NCBI RefSeq assembly: GCF_003057965.1 | Contig: NZ_CP020921.1 | Coordinates: 456,100 to 514,915, forward strand | Origin: Thermodesulfobium acidiphilum | GTDB taxonomy: Bacteria > Thermodesulfobiota > Thermodesulfobiia > Thermodesulfobiales > Thermodesulfobiaceae | Reading direction: 5' to 3' | Length of the DNA stretch: 58,816 nt | Shown: in pieces, positions 30,224-39,198 of the stretch | How positions within the stretch are numbered: the stretch's first letter is position 1 | How the letters are laid out: the number at the start of each line of letters is the position of its first letter | Position numbers and translations under genes: made by a program | Notes under the pieces: generated by a model | The model's input: only the letters and a program-made list of their open reading frames with translations | What the model was told of the DNA's origin: nothing | Databases searched by the model: none

Positions 30224-31810
30224 ATGAATGAAAAGATATTGGTAGCTGACGAGGTTTCTCAACTTGGTATAAGAAGGTTGGAGTCTGCAGGTTTTCAGGT
30301 AGACATTAAAACTGGACTTTCGGAAGATGAACTTGCCGACACTATAGTAGACTATAATGCTATTATTATAAGATCTTCAACGAGAATTACTGAAAAGATT
30401 CTTTCTAAAGCCAGAAATCTTAAAATAATTGGCAGGGCTGGCGTTGGAGTTGATAATATAAACGTGGAGGCTGCCACGAAATATGGGATAGTTGTAATTA
30501 ACTCTCCTGAAGGAAACATTATTTCGGCTGCCGAACATACTTTTGGTTTGATAATTTCCCTCCTCAGAAATATTCCTCAGGCAGATAGGTCTGTTAGGAA
30601 TCTCGAATGGAAGAGGAACAAGTTTACAGGTCATGAACTTTATAGGAAAACAATAGGAATTATTGGTCTAGGAAAGGTTGGAAGTAATGTTGTAAAGTAT
30701 GCAAAGGCATTCGGAATGAAAGTAATTGGATATGATCCTTATATAACTCTTGATAGGGCAAAGGAAATGGGCATTATACTTATGTCCCTTGATGAGGTTT
30801 TTAAAGAAGCTGATATTGTAACTCTTCATGTCCCAAAAACAAAAGACACATATCATCTAGTTAATAAAGAAAGAATTAACCTGATGAAAAAGGGATCTTA
30901 TATTATTAATGCTGCTAGGGGTGGAGTTGTTGATGAAGATGCTGTTGCAGATGCTCTTAAGTCAGGTCATTTAGCTGGAGCTGCTTCTGATGTTTTTGAG
31001 ACCGAGCCTATTTTGGCTGATAATCCATATATTTCTATAGAAAATACTGTTTTGACTCCACATATTGGAGCTGCTACCAAAGAAGCTCAGATAAATGTTA
31101 TACTTGATGTAGTGGATCAGATTATTGCTTTTTTCGATGGCAGGATTCCTCATGGTGCGGTTAATTTGCCTGCTTTTAGAGGAGTGTCTGATGATTTATT
31201 GCCATGGATTGATTTAGCTGAAAGACTGGGAAAATTTATTAAAGATCTGGTTTCTGATAGAGTAAATAAGATTGAGATTGTATATTATGGAGATATTGCT
31301 AAGAAAAATGTCAATTCAGTATCAATTAGCGTACTTAAAGGGTACTTGATAAAAATAAAGGGTAATCATGTTAGTTTTGTTAACGCACTGTCGCTTGCAA
31401 ATGAACTTGGTATCAAGTATACAGAGATAAAAGAGTCAGAGGATGTTGACTTTAAGAGTTTGATAACAGTTAGAGTTTTAACTGATTCTGGCGTTAGATC
31501 AGTTTCTGGAACAATACTATCTGATCAAAAACCAAGAATAATAGAAATAGATTCCTATCGAGTTGATGCCTTCCCAGAGGGCTATCTTTTGGTTTCCAGA
31601 CATAGAGATAAGCCTGGTATAATAGGGCGATTTGGGACAATTTTAGGAAGGAACAACATTAATATTGCAGGAATGCAACTTGGAAGAAATTTGACCAGTG
31701 GCCTGGCTGTAATGATTTTAAGCGTTGATTCTGAGGTTAATGATGATGTGCTTAGTGAATTAATAAGCGGAGGGGATATTGAAGAGCTTAGGTCAATTTT
31801 CCTTTCATGA
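30224..31810 (+). CDS. serA: D-3-phosphoglycerate dehydrogenase (long ASB+ACT type)
   Basis: GRAGVGVDNI, AAEHT, GLGKVG, TPHIGA.T.EAQ, C-terminal HRDKPGIIG ACT domain. Confidence 0.95.
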   Translation: MNEKILVADEVSQLGIRRLESAGFQVDIKTGLSEDELADTIVDYNAIIIRSSTRITEKILSKARNLKIIGRAGVGVDNINVEAATKYGIVVINSPEGNIISAAEHTFGLIISLLRNIPQADRSVRNLEWKRNKFTGHELYRKTIGIIGLGKVGSNVVKYAKAFGMKVIGYDPYITLDRAKEMGIILMSLDEVFKEADIVTLHVPKTKDTYHLVNKERINLMKKGSYIINAARGGVVDEDAVADALKSGHLAGAASDVFETEPILADNPYISIENTVLTPHIGAATKEAQINVILDVVDQIIAFFDGRIPHGAVNLPAFRGVSDDLLPWIDLAERLGKFIKDLVSDRVNKIEIVYYGDIAKKNVNSVSISVLKGYLIKIKGNHVSFVNALSLANELGIKYTEIKESEDVDFKSLITVRVLTDSGVRSVSGTILSDQKPRIIEIDSYRVDAFPEGYLLVSRHRDKPGIIGRFGTILGRNNINIAGMQLGRNLTSGLAVMILSVDSEVNDDVLSELISGGDIEELRSIFLS

Positions 31811-32436
31811 GAATATATTTAATTAGACATGGCGAAACTAAATGGAATAAGGAAAGCAGGTATCAGGGGGTAAAAGACATACCTCTTTCTGAAATTGGTT
31901 TAGAGCAAGTAAAAAAGCTTGGAATGTATTTTTCTAATTTGCCCTTAGATATAATAGTTTCCTCTCCGTTAAGCAGGACAAAAGAAACAGCAAATTCTAT
32001 TGTCAAATTTTATCCAAAAAAATTGCAAGTTTTTTATGATGATAGATTTTTAGAGATATCACATGGCTTATGGGAAGGAAAAGTTGTAGCTGAAGTAAAG
32101 GAAGAATTTAAGGAGATTTATAATTTTTGGAAGGTAAAGCCTTACGAGGCAAAAATGCCTGAAGGTGAAGGCTTGCATGATGTGTCTTTGAGAGCTACTA
32201 GCGCTTTTAAGGAATGGGTAAATAAATATAGAGAAAAGGATATTGCTTTTGTTACACATGATGTAGTGATAAGGGTCATTTTGATGGACATATTTTCTCT
32301 TCCTTATGACTTCTTTTGGAAATTCAAGCTTGCAAATGCTGGCATAAACGTTCTTGAATATGATGAAGAATTTAAACTACTGTCGATAAATCTAATCTGC
32401 CATCTAAATGAATTTAGTGCAGAGGGCGTGATTTAA
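31807..32436 (+). CDS. Histidine-phosphatase family protein, probable metal-independent phosphoserine phosphatase (PspA-like)
   Basis: RHGET.WN, SSPL.R, EISHGLWEG, VTHD; overlaps serA stop. Confidence 0.8.
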   Translation: MRIYLIRHGETKWNKESRYQGVKDIPLSEIGLEQVKKLGMYFSNLPLDIIVSSPLSRTKETANSIVKFYPKKLQVFYDDRFLEISHGLWEGKVVAEVKEEFKEIYNFWKVKPYEAKMPEGEGLHDVSLRATSAFKEWVNKYREKDIAFVTHDVVIRVILMDIFSLPYDFFWKFKLANAGINVLEYDEEFKLLSINLICHLNEFSAEGVI

Positions 32437-33120
32437 TTAAGATTTCATAGAACTTCACTACTCTTGGGTGAAGATTGTGTTAGGAAGATAAAAAAATCAA
32501 GAATTGCAATCTGTGGTCTTGGAGGGGTTGGGGGATTTGCCTTGGAATCTCTTGCAAGATTGGGAATCGGAGGTTTCTTTCTAGTTGATGATGATAGGTT
32601 TGAAATAACCAATCTAAATAGGCAAATTTTGTCGAATTTTGACAACATTGGCAAACTGAAAGTTGAAGAAGCAATAAAGAGGTTGAAGTTAATAAGTGAC
32701 TGTGATGTTGTTGTTTCAGAAAGTAGAGTTCAAGATGCTATTTATGAGATTGAAAAATTCGAACCAGATGTAATTATTGATGCTATAGACGATCTGGAAG
32801 CAAAGGTATTACTGATCAAACGTTTTTATAAAAAAATTAATATTATAGTTAGTGCAGGAGCTGGAAATAGAGTAGATCCTACAATGGTAACCTATGCAGA
32901 TCTTTCAAAGACATCTAATTGTTCTATTGCTAGAATTCTTAGGAAAAAACTTAAAAGTTTTGGAATTGTTTCGGGAATTAACGTTGTCTTCTCTAAAGAG
33001 ATTCCAAAAAAAGAGCTTAATAATTCGAATATTATTTCGAGCGCAGTTTTTGTGCCTATGGCTTTTGGCACTTTAATTTCTTATTTAACTTATAAATTTA
33101 TTTGTAATAATATGGATTAA
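32437..33120 (+). CDS. tcdA: ThiF/E1-like tRNA threonylcarbamoyladenosine dehydratase; start codon anomalous (first canonical TTG at 32464)
   Basis: RFHRT.LLLG, GLGGVGG, TNLNRQ, DAID, GAGNRVDP, VVFSKE. Confidence 0.85.
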   Translation, partial: LRFHRTSLLLGEDCVRKIKKSRIAICGLGGVGGFALESLARLGIGGFFLVDDDRFEITNLNRQILSNFDNIGKLKVEEAIKRLKLISDCDVVVSESRVQDAIYEIEKFEPDVIIDAIDDLEAKVLLIKRFYKKINIIVSAGAGNRVDPTMVTYADLSKTSNCSIARILRKKLKSFGIVSGINVVFSKEIPKKELNNSNIISSAVFVPMAFGTLISYLTYKFICNNMD

Positions 33121-33181
33121 ACTATTTTTTTTATAATGTGATATAATCACTTTTTGTGATTCGTTTTAGGAGGTAAAAGCT

Positions 33182-33586
33182 TTGGAAGCAATAGGAATGC
33201 ATTACATTGTTGAGGCTTCTGGATGTGACCCTGCTATTATAGGGGATCCAGTAAGAGCAAGAGAAATTTTTTTGGCAGCTGCTAAGGTTGCGAACATGGA
33301 CGTAAAAGCTGTTCACTTTTATAAGTTCTTTCCGTCCGGGACTAGTGGTGTTGTAGTAGTTTCTGAATCGCACATTTCAGTACACACATGGCCTGAAAAT
33401 GGTTATGCTGCACTGGATGTGTATACATGCGGTGAGAAAGCACAACCCGAAAAAGCGGTTGAGTTTATTTTGCAGGCATTTCGAGTTAGACATGCACATA
33501 TTACAGAAGTTCAACGAGGCGTAAAGGATGAGGATACCTATACGCATACCACAATGACGTGGGAGGAAGATTATTCGGAAGATTAA
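33182..33586 (+). CDS. speD: Pyruvoyl-dependent S-adenosylmethionine decarboxylase proenzyme (class 1B; TTG start)
   Basis: E-SH autocleavage motif SESHISVHTWPE, LDVYTCG; SD AGGAGGT. Confidence 0.88.
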   Translation: MEAIGMHYIVEASGCDPAIIGDPVRAREIFLAAAKVANMDVKAVHFYKFFPSGTSGVVVVSESHISVHTWPENGYAALDVYTCGEKAQPEKAVEFILQAFRVRHAHITEVQRGVKDEDTYTHTTMTWEEDYSED

Positions 33587-33646
33587 TTTAATTAATTTAA
33601 TATTTGGTAGTTGCTTGCAAAGAGTAAAACTCTTTGATTTTTTGAT

Positions 33647-35200
33647 TTATATATTTTTTTCAAAAACATCAAGGAAAAGATATTCTTTTGCTAATTCCTC
33701 ACAAAGAATATCTAAATCCTTTACGTTGCCTATTTTTTCATATGTAATACCTTTAGATATATTCCATGGCTTATATTCTGATAGTTGCCTTTTGTAAATT
33801 GCTAAATCGGCATCGCTTGATGTATTCCTCTTTAGAGCTCTTTTATTTAATCTCTCTTTAATTACTTCAAAATCGGCATCTCTTTCAATTAAGATCATAT
33901 CGACTCCTAAATTCTCCTGTAAATTTAAGATCATCTTTCGATATACGTCTGAATTAAAGGTAGCATCAATAATCACAGAATTATTTGACCTGATTTCTGC
34001 ATTAGTTAGATCAAATATTTTGTTATAGACTTTCTCGGTAAATTCTGGTGAATATATTCCTTGATTATAATTAGCTTTTGCGCTTTCGTGTTTTGGAATT
34101 CCTGCTAGTTCTTTTCTTATTTCATCCGAAGAAAGCCTTTTAATATTTATTCTGGCACTCAATCTTTTAGCGAGCGCACTTTTCCCTGTACCAGAGAGGC
34201 CGCAGATAACAAATATTGTTGGCAGCGCGCTATCAAAATATTTTGCAGAAAGTCTGAAATATCTTCTAATTGTTCTTTCAAGTTCTTTGTTTTTCTGCTC
34301 GTTTAAAAAAGAGAACGATAAAACCTTTCCTCTTACGTAAGCAAGATAGGATTTAAAAAAGTTTAGATAGGGTGCTATATTTTTGTTACTTAGTTCTTGA
34401 TAAGAATTTATATATGCCAATGAGAGATCGTTTTTGTTGTTAAAGTCTAGATCCATTGAGAGAAATGAAATTTCAGAAGCCACGTCCTGAATTCTAAATC
34501 TTTCATTAAACTCAATACAATCAAATATATATATGTCATCTGGCATGATAGAAATATTTTTCGAGTGTAAATCTCCGTGTCCGTCGACAAATAAATCGTT
34601 TTCCATTCTTTTTAAAAAATCAGATTTGTGAGAATCAAAGAAATAAAGCGAATTATCTTTTATTAAATTGTAATTGTGTTTTGAAATTAACCAGTTTACA
34701 ATATTTTCGGTTTGTCTAAAGTTTTCTTCCAGATTATATCTAATGGATTCTACAAATTGAGGATCTTTAACCTTATTGGCTATTGAATGAAAATATGTAA
34801 CTTTTTCGGCGATTCTTTTGATATCTTCCATAGATACTCTATCTTTCATTAGTAAATTTGACATTAGAGAATCTTGAGGTAATTCTACCATCTTAATACA
34901 GTATTCAACTATGTTTTCAGGTGAATTTAGAATATAAAAGTTATTTATTAGACTAATGGGTAAAACCCCTAAATACAAATTTGGGCTTATTCTTGAATTT
35001 AATATGATTTCTTGTTCACAAAAAATTTTTCTATTTTCAAGAGTAGAAAAATCTAAAAAACCAAAATTAACTGGTTTTTTTATTTTATAAACATACTTTC
35101 CGGTCAAAAAAACGCAGGATATATGAGTTTCAATAAGTTTTACATCTGCTTCGTGTGGATAAAAAGAAGGTTTTAGCATCGCTTTGATTAAATTTTCCAT
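33647..35200 (-). CDS. Aminoglycoside-phosphotransferase-like plus P-loop (AAA_33/gluconokinase-like) fusion, Rv2004c-like
   Basis: ETHIS, YKIKKPVNFGFLDFST, GHGDLH..NI, FDCIEFN, GLSGTGKS, DATF. Confidence 0.85.
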   Translation of the reverse strand: MENLIKAMLKPSFYPHEADVKLIETHISCVFLTGKYVYKIKKPVNFGFLDFSTLENRKIFCEQEIILNSRISPNLYLGVLPISLINNFYILNSPENIVEYCIKMVELPQDSLMSNLLMKDRVSMEDIKRIAEKVTYFHSIANKVKDPQFVESIRYNLEENFRQTENIVNWLISKHNYNLIKDNSLYFFDSHKSDFLKRMENDLFVDGHGDLHSKNISIMPDDIYIFDCIEFNERFRIQDVASEISFLSMDLDFNNKNDLSLAYINSYQELSNKNIAPYLNFFKSYLAYVRGKVLSFSFLNEQKNKELERTIRRYFRLSAKYFDSALPTIFVICGLSGTGKSALAKRLSARINIKRLSSDEIRKELAGIPKHESAKANYNQGIYSPEFTEKVYNKIFDLTNAEIRSNNSVIIDATFNSDVYRKMILNLQENLGVDMILIERDADFEVIKERLNKRALKRNTSSDADLAIYKRQLSEYKPWNISKGITYEKIGNVKDLDILCEELAKEYLFLDVFEKNI

Positions 35201-35368
35201 ACTTCCTCCAAAGGATATTATTTTATAGTTTATAATATTTTTAAAAGTTTAAATCATAACTTTAATTTAATACTTAATATTATAGGTTATATGCTTTGAA
35301 ATAAAAAAATTTTTAAATTGTAAAAGATACAATAGATAATTGGGTCTTACTAAAAGAGGAGGTTTTTT

Positions 35369-36166
35369 ATGTCGTTTAAAGAAGATTTAAAGGAAATAGC
35401 TGCATTTAGATTTAAGGATGAGAAATTGATGCCCATACGTAATGTAAGTTATTATGACTTAAGCAAGTTTTTAGGTATTGATGATCAAATTGAAACTCTG
35501 TTAAAAAATACTTTCAAATTCGTAAAAAGATTGCCTGCTAGTGATGTTTTGCTTTGGGGAGAGAGAGGAACTGGCAAATCAAGTTTAGTTAAAGCTATGC
35601 TTGGCAGATTTTTTTCTGAAGGATTGAGAATTATCCAAATTTATAAATCACAAATAAGTGATTTGTCAAATCTTTATGGTTTGTTAAGAGATGAGGACTA
35701 TAGATTTATACTTTTTTTTGATGATCTGTCATTTTCAATAGGTGAGGACTCCTGGATGGTTTTAAAAGCGTTACTAGATGGCGATATTGAAGAGAGACCT
35801 TCTAACATACTGGTTTATGCTACGTCAAATAGAAGACATTTGACAAAAGAAGAAGATACAGATGAAAAATTTGCAAACGACTCCTATAGAGAGACTATTT
35901 CTCTGGTAGAAAGGTTTGGCATTAGGCTTTCTTTCTCTCCCTTTAGTAAGGAGCAGTATCTAAAAATTGTTAGAAATTATGCAAATCTTAGAGGTTTAGA
36001 AATTGAGGAGGATATTTTGAACCAAAAAGCTCTTGAATGGATTCAAATGGGTGGGAGTTTTACGGGACGATCTGCTTTTCAATTCGTAGAGTATTTATAT
36101 GGCGAGGAAATGTTGAAAAAATTAAACTTTGAGTATATAATTAGTAATAAATATATAAATAGTTAG
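35369..36166 (+). CDS. DUF815-family AAA+ ATPase
   Basis: LLWGERGTGKSSLVKA, FILFFDDLSF, YATSNRRHL, RFG..L.F, GRSA.QF. Confidence 0.88.
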   Translation: MSFKEDLKEIAAFRFKDEKLMPIRNVSYYDLSKFLGIDDQIETLLKNTFKFVKRLPASDVLLWGERGTGKSSLVKAMLGRFFSEGLRIIQIYKSQISDLSNLYGLLRDEDYRFILFFDDLSFSIGEDSWMVLKALLDGDIEERPSNILVYATSNRRHLTKEEDTDEKFANDSYRETISLVERFGIRLSFSPFSKEQYLKIVRNYANLRGLEIEEDILNQKALEWIQMGGSFTGRSAFQFVEYLYGEEMLKKLNFEYIISNKYINS

Positions 36167-36176
36167 GGGTGTTTAA

Positions 36177-36386
36177 ATGCCAATATTTGAGTATTTTTGT
36201 AAGGATTGTGGTGCGGACTTCGACATATATTTACCATCATCTGCTGATGGTAAAAAAGTAGTATGTCCAAACTGCAATTCAGAGAACGTTAGAAAGGTTT
36301 ATAGGGTTAATCACTGGGCTAATACAAGTAGTTCTGATGATGGATCTGACTCAGGTGGCTGTTTTAGTGGTGGCTGAGGATTTTAA
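36177..36386 (+). CDS. FmdB-family zinc-ribbon protein; ends at 36377 if TGA is a stop, 36386 if TGA is selenocysteine
   Basis: MPIFEYFCKDCG..F, CPNC.S, Ser/Gly-rich tail GGCFSGG-TGA-GF-TAA. Confidence 0.85.
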
Positions 36387-36388
36387 TT

Positions 36389-36407
36389 AGGGCTCAGTTT
36401 GAGCCTT
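36389..36407 (+). promoter_or_regulatory. Candidate bacterial SECIS hairpin
   Basis: AGGGCTCA-GTT-TGAGCCTT; loop starts with GU, 19 nt after the UGA. Confidence 0.5.
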
Positions 36408-36410
36408 CGA

Positions 36411-36437
36411 AAGCCTGCATTAGTGCAGGCTTTTTTT
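36411..36437 (+). terminator. Rho-independent terminator
   Basis: AAGCCTGCA-ttag-TGCAGGCTT plus T tract. Confidence 0.88.
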
Positions 36438-36488
36438 ATTTTAAAAAAGTAATATAATAACTAAAATTATATATTAGGGGGTGATCAA

Positions 36489-37538
36489 ATGGATGTTTTT
36501 TCTCCATTTAGTATTAAAAATTTGAATTTTAAAAACCGTTTTATAAGATCTGCTACACACGATTGGTTAGGTAATGAAGACGGTTCAATATCAGAAAGAC
36601 AATTGAATATGTTCAGAGAACTTGCAAGGGGAGAAGTTGGACTAATTGTCTCTGGCCATTCTTGTGTCGAGTTCCCACGTGGAAGAGCTGGGTTAAAGCA
36701 AAATAGGATAGATGACGATAGATTTATTGAAGGATATAAAAAATTGGCTGACGTAATACACGAAAACAACTCACTTTTTGCAATTCAAATTTCTCATGCA
36801 GGCCTCCAGACGAATAAAGATTTTACGAATAATTTAGAACCAATTGATCACAATACTATAACTAAAGAAGATATTAATATTTTGGTTGAGATTTTTACAA
36901 AAGCAGCTGTAAGGGTAAGGCTTTCTGGAGCTGACGCAGTTTGTGTTCATCTGGCTCATGGATATTTTTTGTGTAGGACGCTCTTTTCCGATTCAAACAA
37001 AAGAGAGGATGAATTTGGCAAAAGTATAGCAAATAGGTCAAAAATTGCTCTTAAGGTGATTGACTCTATTAGAAATGCTGTTGGTAAGGATTATCCAATT
37101 TTTGTAAAATTAAATTCCACAGGCGGGACTAAAGAAGGTAATATAGAAACAGAAGAACTTGTTGGCGTGTCAGTGCTTCTTGAGGAGCACGGCGTAGACT
37201 TAATTGAAATAAGTGGTGGTGTCGTTGGTTCAAAGGATAATCCAATTGATAGGTTAAATATTTTAAAAATTGAAGATGAAGGGTATTTTTTGAAAAGAGC
37301 AAAAATTGTTAGAAAAAATATTAATACTCCACTAAGCGTGGTAGGAGGTATCAGATCCCTCTCTTTGATGAATGAAATTATTGGAAAGGGTTTTTCTGAT
37401 TTTATTTCTCTTAGTAGACCATTTATCAGAGAACCTGATCTGGTTATAAGACTTAAAAATGGCCAGGAAAAAGTTTCGTGTATATCTTGTAGCAAGTGCA
37501 GGAATTTTGAGGGTATAAGATGTGTTTTTAACAAATAA
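36489..37538 (+). CDS. NADH:flavin oxidoreductase (Old Yellow Enzyme family)
   Basis: KNRFIRSAT, QISHAG, HLAHGYF, REDEFG.S..NR, SRPFIREP, CISCSKC. Confidence 0.9.
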   Translation: MDVFSPFSIKNLNFKNRFIRSATHDWLGNEDGSISERQLNMFRELARGEVGLIVSGHSCVEFPRGRAGLKQNRIDDDRFIEGYKKLADVIHENNSLFAIQISHAGLQTNKDFTNNLEPIDHNTITKEDINILVEIFTKAAVRVRLSGADAVCVHLAHGYFLCRTLFSDSNKREDEFGKSIANRSKIALKVIDSIRNAVGKDYPIFVKLNSTGGTKEGNIETEELVGVSVLLEEHGVDLIEISGGVVGSKDNPIDRLNILKIEDEGYFLKRAKIVRKNINTPLSVVGGIRSLSLMNEIIGKGFSDFISLSRPFIREPDLVIRLKNGQEKVSCISCSKCRNFEGIRCVFNK

Positions 37539-37541
37539 AAT

Positions 37542-37570
37542 TTGACAGTTTTTTATTAATGTTATAAAAT
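37542..37570 (+). promoter_or_regulatory. sigma70-type promoter for rpmG operon
   Basis: TTGACA-17 nt-TAAAAT. Confidence 0.75.
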
Positions 37571-37604
37571 TAACCGTCTATGAAATATATATGGAGGTTT
37601 TGAT

Positions 37605-37778
37605 ATGGCTAAGGCCGGAGCAAAGGAAAAAAGAATAAGGGTAACTTTAGCATGTCAGGAGTGTAAGGAAAGAAATTATCATACTCAGAAAAATAGAATC
37701 AACGATCCAGATCGTTTGCAATTAAAGAAATATTGTCCAAGATGTAATAAAGTAACTGTTCACAAAGAAACAAAATAG
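37605..37778 (+). CDS. rpmG: 50S ribosomal protein L33, zinc-binding type (not in ORF track)
   Basis: Manual translation [57 protein letters not shown]. Confidence 0.97.
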   Translation: MAKAGAKEKRIRVTLACQECKERNYHTQKNRINDPDRLQLKKYCPRCNKVTVHKETK

Positions 37779-37798
37779 TATTATAATGCTTTTGTTTT

Positions 37799-37873
37799 AG
37801 GCCAGTAGCTCAATGGCAGAGCACCGGTCTCCAAAACCGGGGGCTGCAGGTTCAAGTCCTGCCTGGCCTGCCA
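37799..37873 (+). tRNA. tRNA-Trp(CCA)
   Basis: AGGCCAG/CTGGCCT acceptor stem, CCGGT-ctCCAaa-ACCGG anticodon arm, GGTTCAAGT T-loop, encoded CCA; between rpmG and secE. Confidence 0.97.
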
Positions 37874-37948
37874 TTTTTGCGTGACCACATCGCTAGTTGT
37901 GGGAGCATAAAGCTTGTTTAATTTCTTAATACCTCGTGGAGGTGTACT

Positions 37949-38176
37949 TTGTTATCTTTTAGTAATATAAAGGAAAAGATTGTTTCATTTTACTCTGAAG
38001 TTAAAGTTGAAGCCAGGAAAGTAAGTTGGCCTGATAGAAAAACAGTAATTTCTGCTACTGGAGTTGTTCTGGCGTTTAGTCTAATTGTTGCTGCTTTTGT
38101 AGGGGCAATTGATGCTATTTTTACTGCTATTTTTAACTTCTTGATTTCAACATTTGGTCATTGGACTTCCTTATGA
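37949..38176 (+). CDS. secE: Preprotein translocase SecE (TTG start)
   Basis: EARKVSWP motif plus one TM helix; precedes nusG. Confidence 0.93.
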   Translation: MLSFSNIKEKIVSFYSEVKVEARKVSWPDRKTVISATGVVLAFSLIVAAFVGAIDAIFTAIFNFLISTFGHWTSL

Positions 38177-38712
38177 CAAAAGCTAATCCTAATTTAAAAT
38201 GGTACGTTATTACAACTCTTTCTAATTATGAAAAAAGAGTTGAAGAGGCAATATTGGTTAGAGCACAAAGGGAAGGTCTTGAAGACAAAATAACAAGAGT
38301 TTTAATACCTGTAGAGAAAGAAGTTAAAATGATAGGCCATCAGAAGAAAGAAAGCTCAAAAAAAGTTTTTCCTGGCTATGTTTTGGTGGAGATGGATCTT
38401 GATGATGCTACATGGAATCTTGTTAGAACTACTCCAGGAGTAACTGGTTTTATCAGTAGCAAAAAAAAGCCTTTGCCGCTAAGCCCAGAAGAAGTTGAAA
38501 AGATTATGATGTATGTAAAGTCAGATAAACCTGTGATAAGAGTAGAATTTGAAAAGGGTCAGGTAGTGAGAGTTACTGCTGGGCCATTTGCTGAACAAAC
38601 GGGAGTAATTGATGAGATATTTCCTGAGAAAGGAACGGTAAGACTTGTTATAAATCTTTTTGGTCGAGATACTCCTGCTGAGATAGCTTTGACTCAAATA
38701 GAAAAGGTTTAA
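38173..38712 (+). CDS. nusG: Transcription factor NusG
   Basis: WYV, FPGYVLVEM, TPGVTGF, KOW GPF, LFGRDTP. Confidence 0.97.
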   Translation: MTKANPNLKWYVITTLSNYEKRVEEAILVRAQREGLEDKITRVLIPVEKEVKMIGHQKKESSKKVFPGYVLVEMDLDDATWNLVRTTPGVTGFISSKKKPLPLSPEEVEKIMMYVKSDKPVIRVEFEKGQVVRVTAGPFAEQTGVIDEIFPEKGTVRLVINLFGRDTPAEIALTQIEKV

Positions 38713-38741
38713 TTTTGATTAATTGATGGAGGTTATAATAA

Positions 38742-39188
38742 ATGGCTGCTCCTAAGAAGAAAAAGAAAAAGATTGTTGGAATTGTAAAGTTGGCGTTGCC
38801 TGCAGGTAAGGCTAATCCAGCACCACCGGTAGGTCCCGCATTGGGTCAATACGGCGTCAATATAATGGAGTTTTGTAAAGCTTATAATGCTCAAACTTCA
38901 TCTCAAGAAGGGACTATAATTCCTGTAGAAATTACAGTATATGAGGACAGAAGTTTTGATTTTGTTCTCAAGACTCCCCCCGCCTCGGTCCTGATTAGAG
39001 AAGCGCTAAAATTAGAAAAAGGTAGTAGTGAACCCAATAAAAAGAAAGTCGGAAAAATAACAAGATCTAAACTTGAAGAAATAGCCCAAAAAAAGTTAAA
39101 AGATATGAACGCAAACAGTGTTGAAGGTGCAGTTAGGATGTTAGAGGGTACTGCGCGCAGCATGGGCGTAGAAGTAATTGAAGGCTAG
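38742..39188 (+). CDS. rplK: 50S ribosomal protein L11
   Basis: [23 protein letters not shown]. Confidence 0.99.
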   Translation: MAAPKKKKKKIVGIVKLALPAGKANPAPPVGPALGQYGVNIMEFCKAYNAQTSSQEGTIIPVEITVYEDRSFDFVLKTPPASVLIREALKLEKGSSEPNKKKVGKITRSKLEEIAQKKLKDMNANSVEGAVRMLEGTARSMGVEVIEG

Positions 39189-39198
39189 GAGGGTAAGG

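Noticed and set aside
37091-37534. 147-aa antisense ORF
   Set aside because: Lies wholly within the flavin oxidoreductase; no family features
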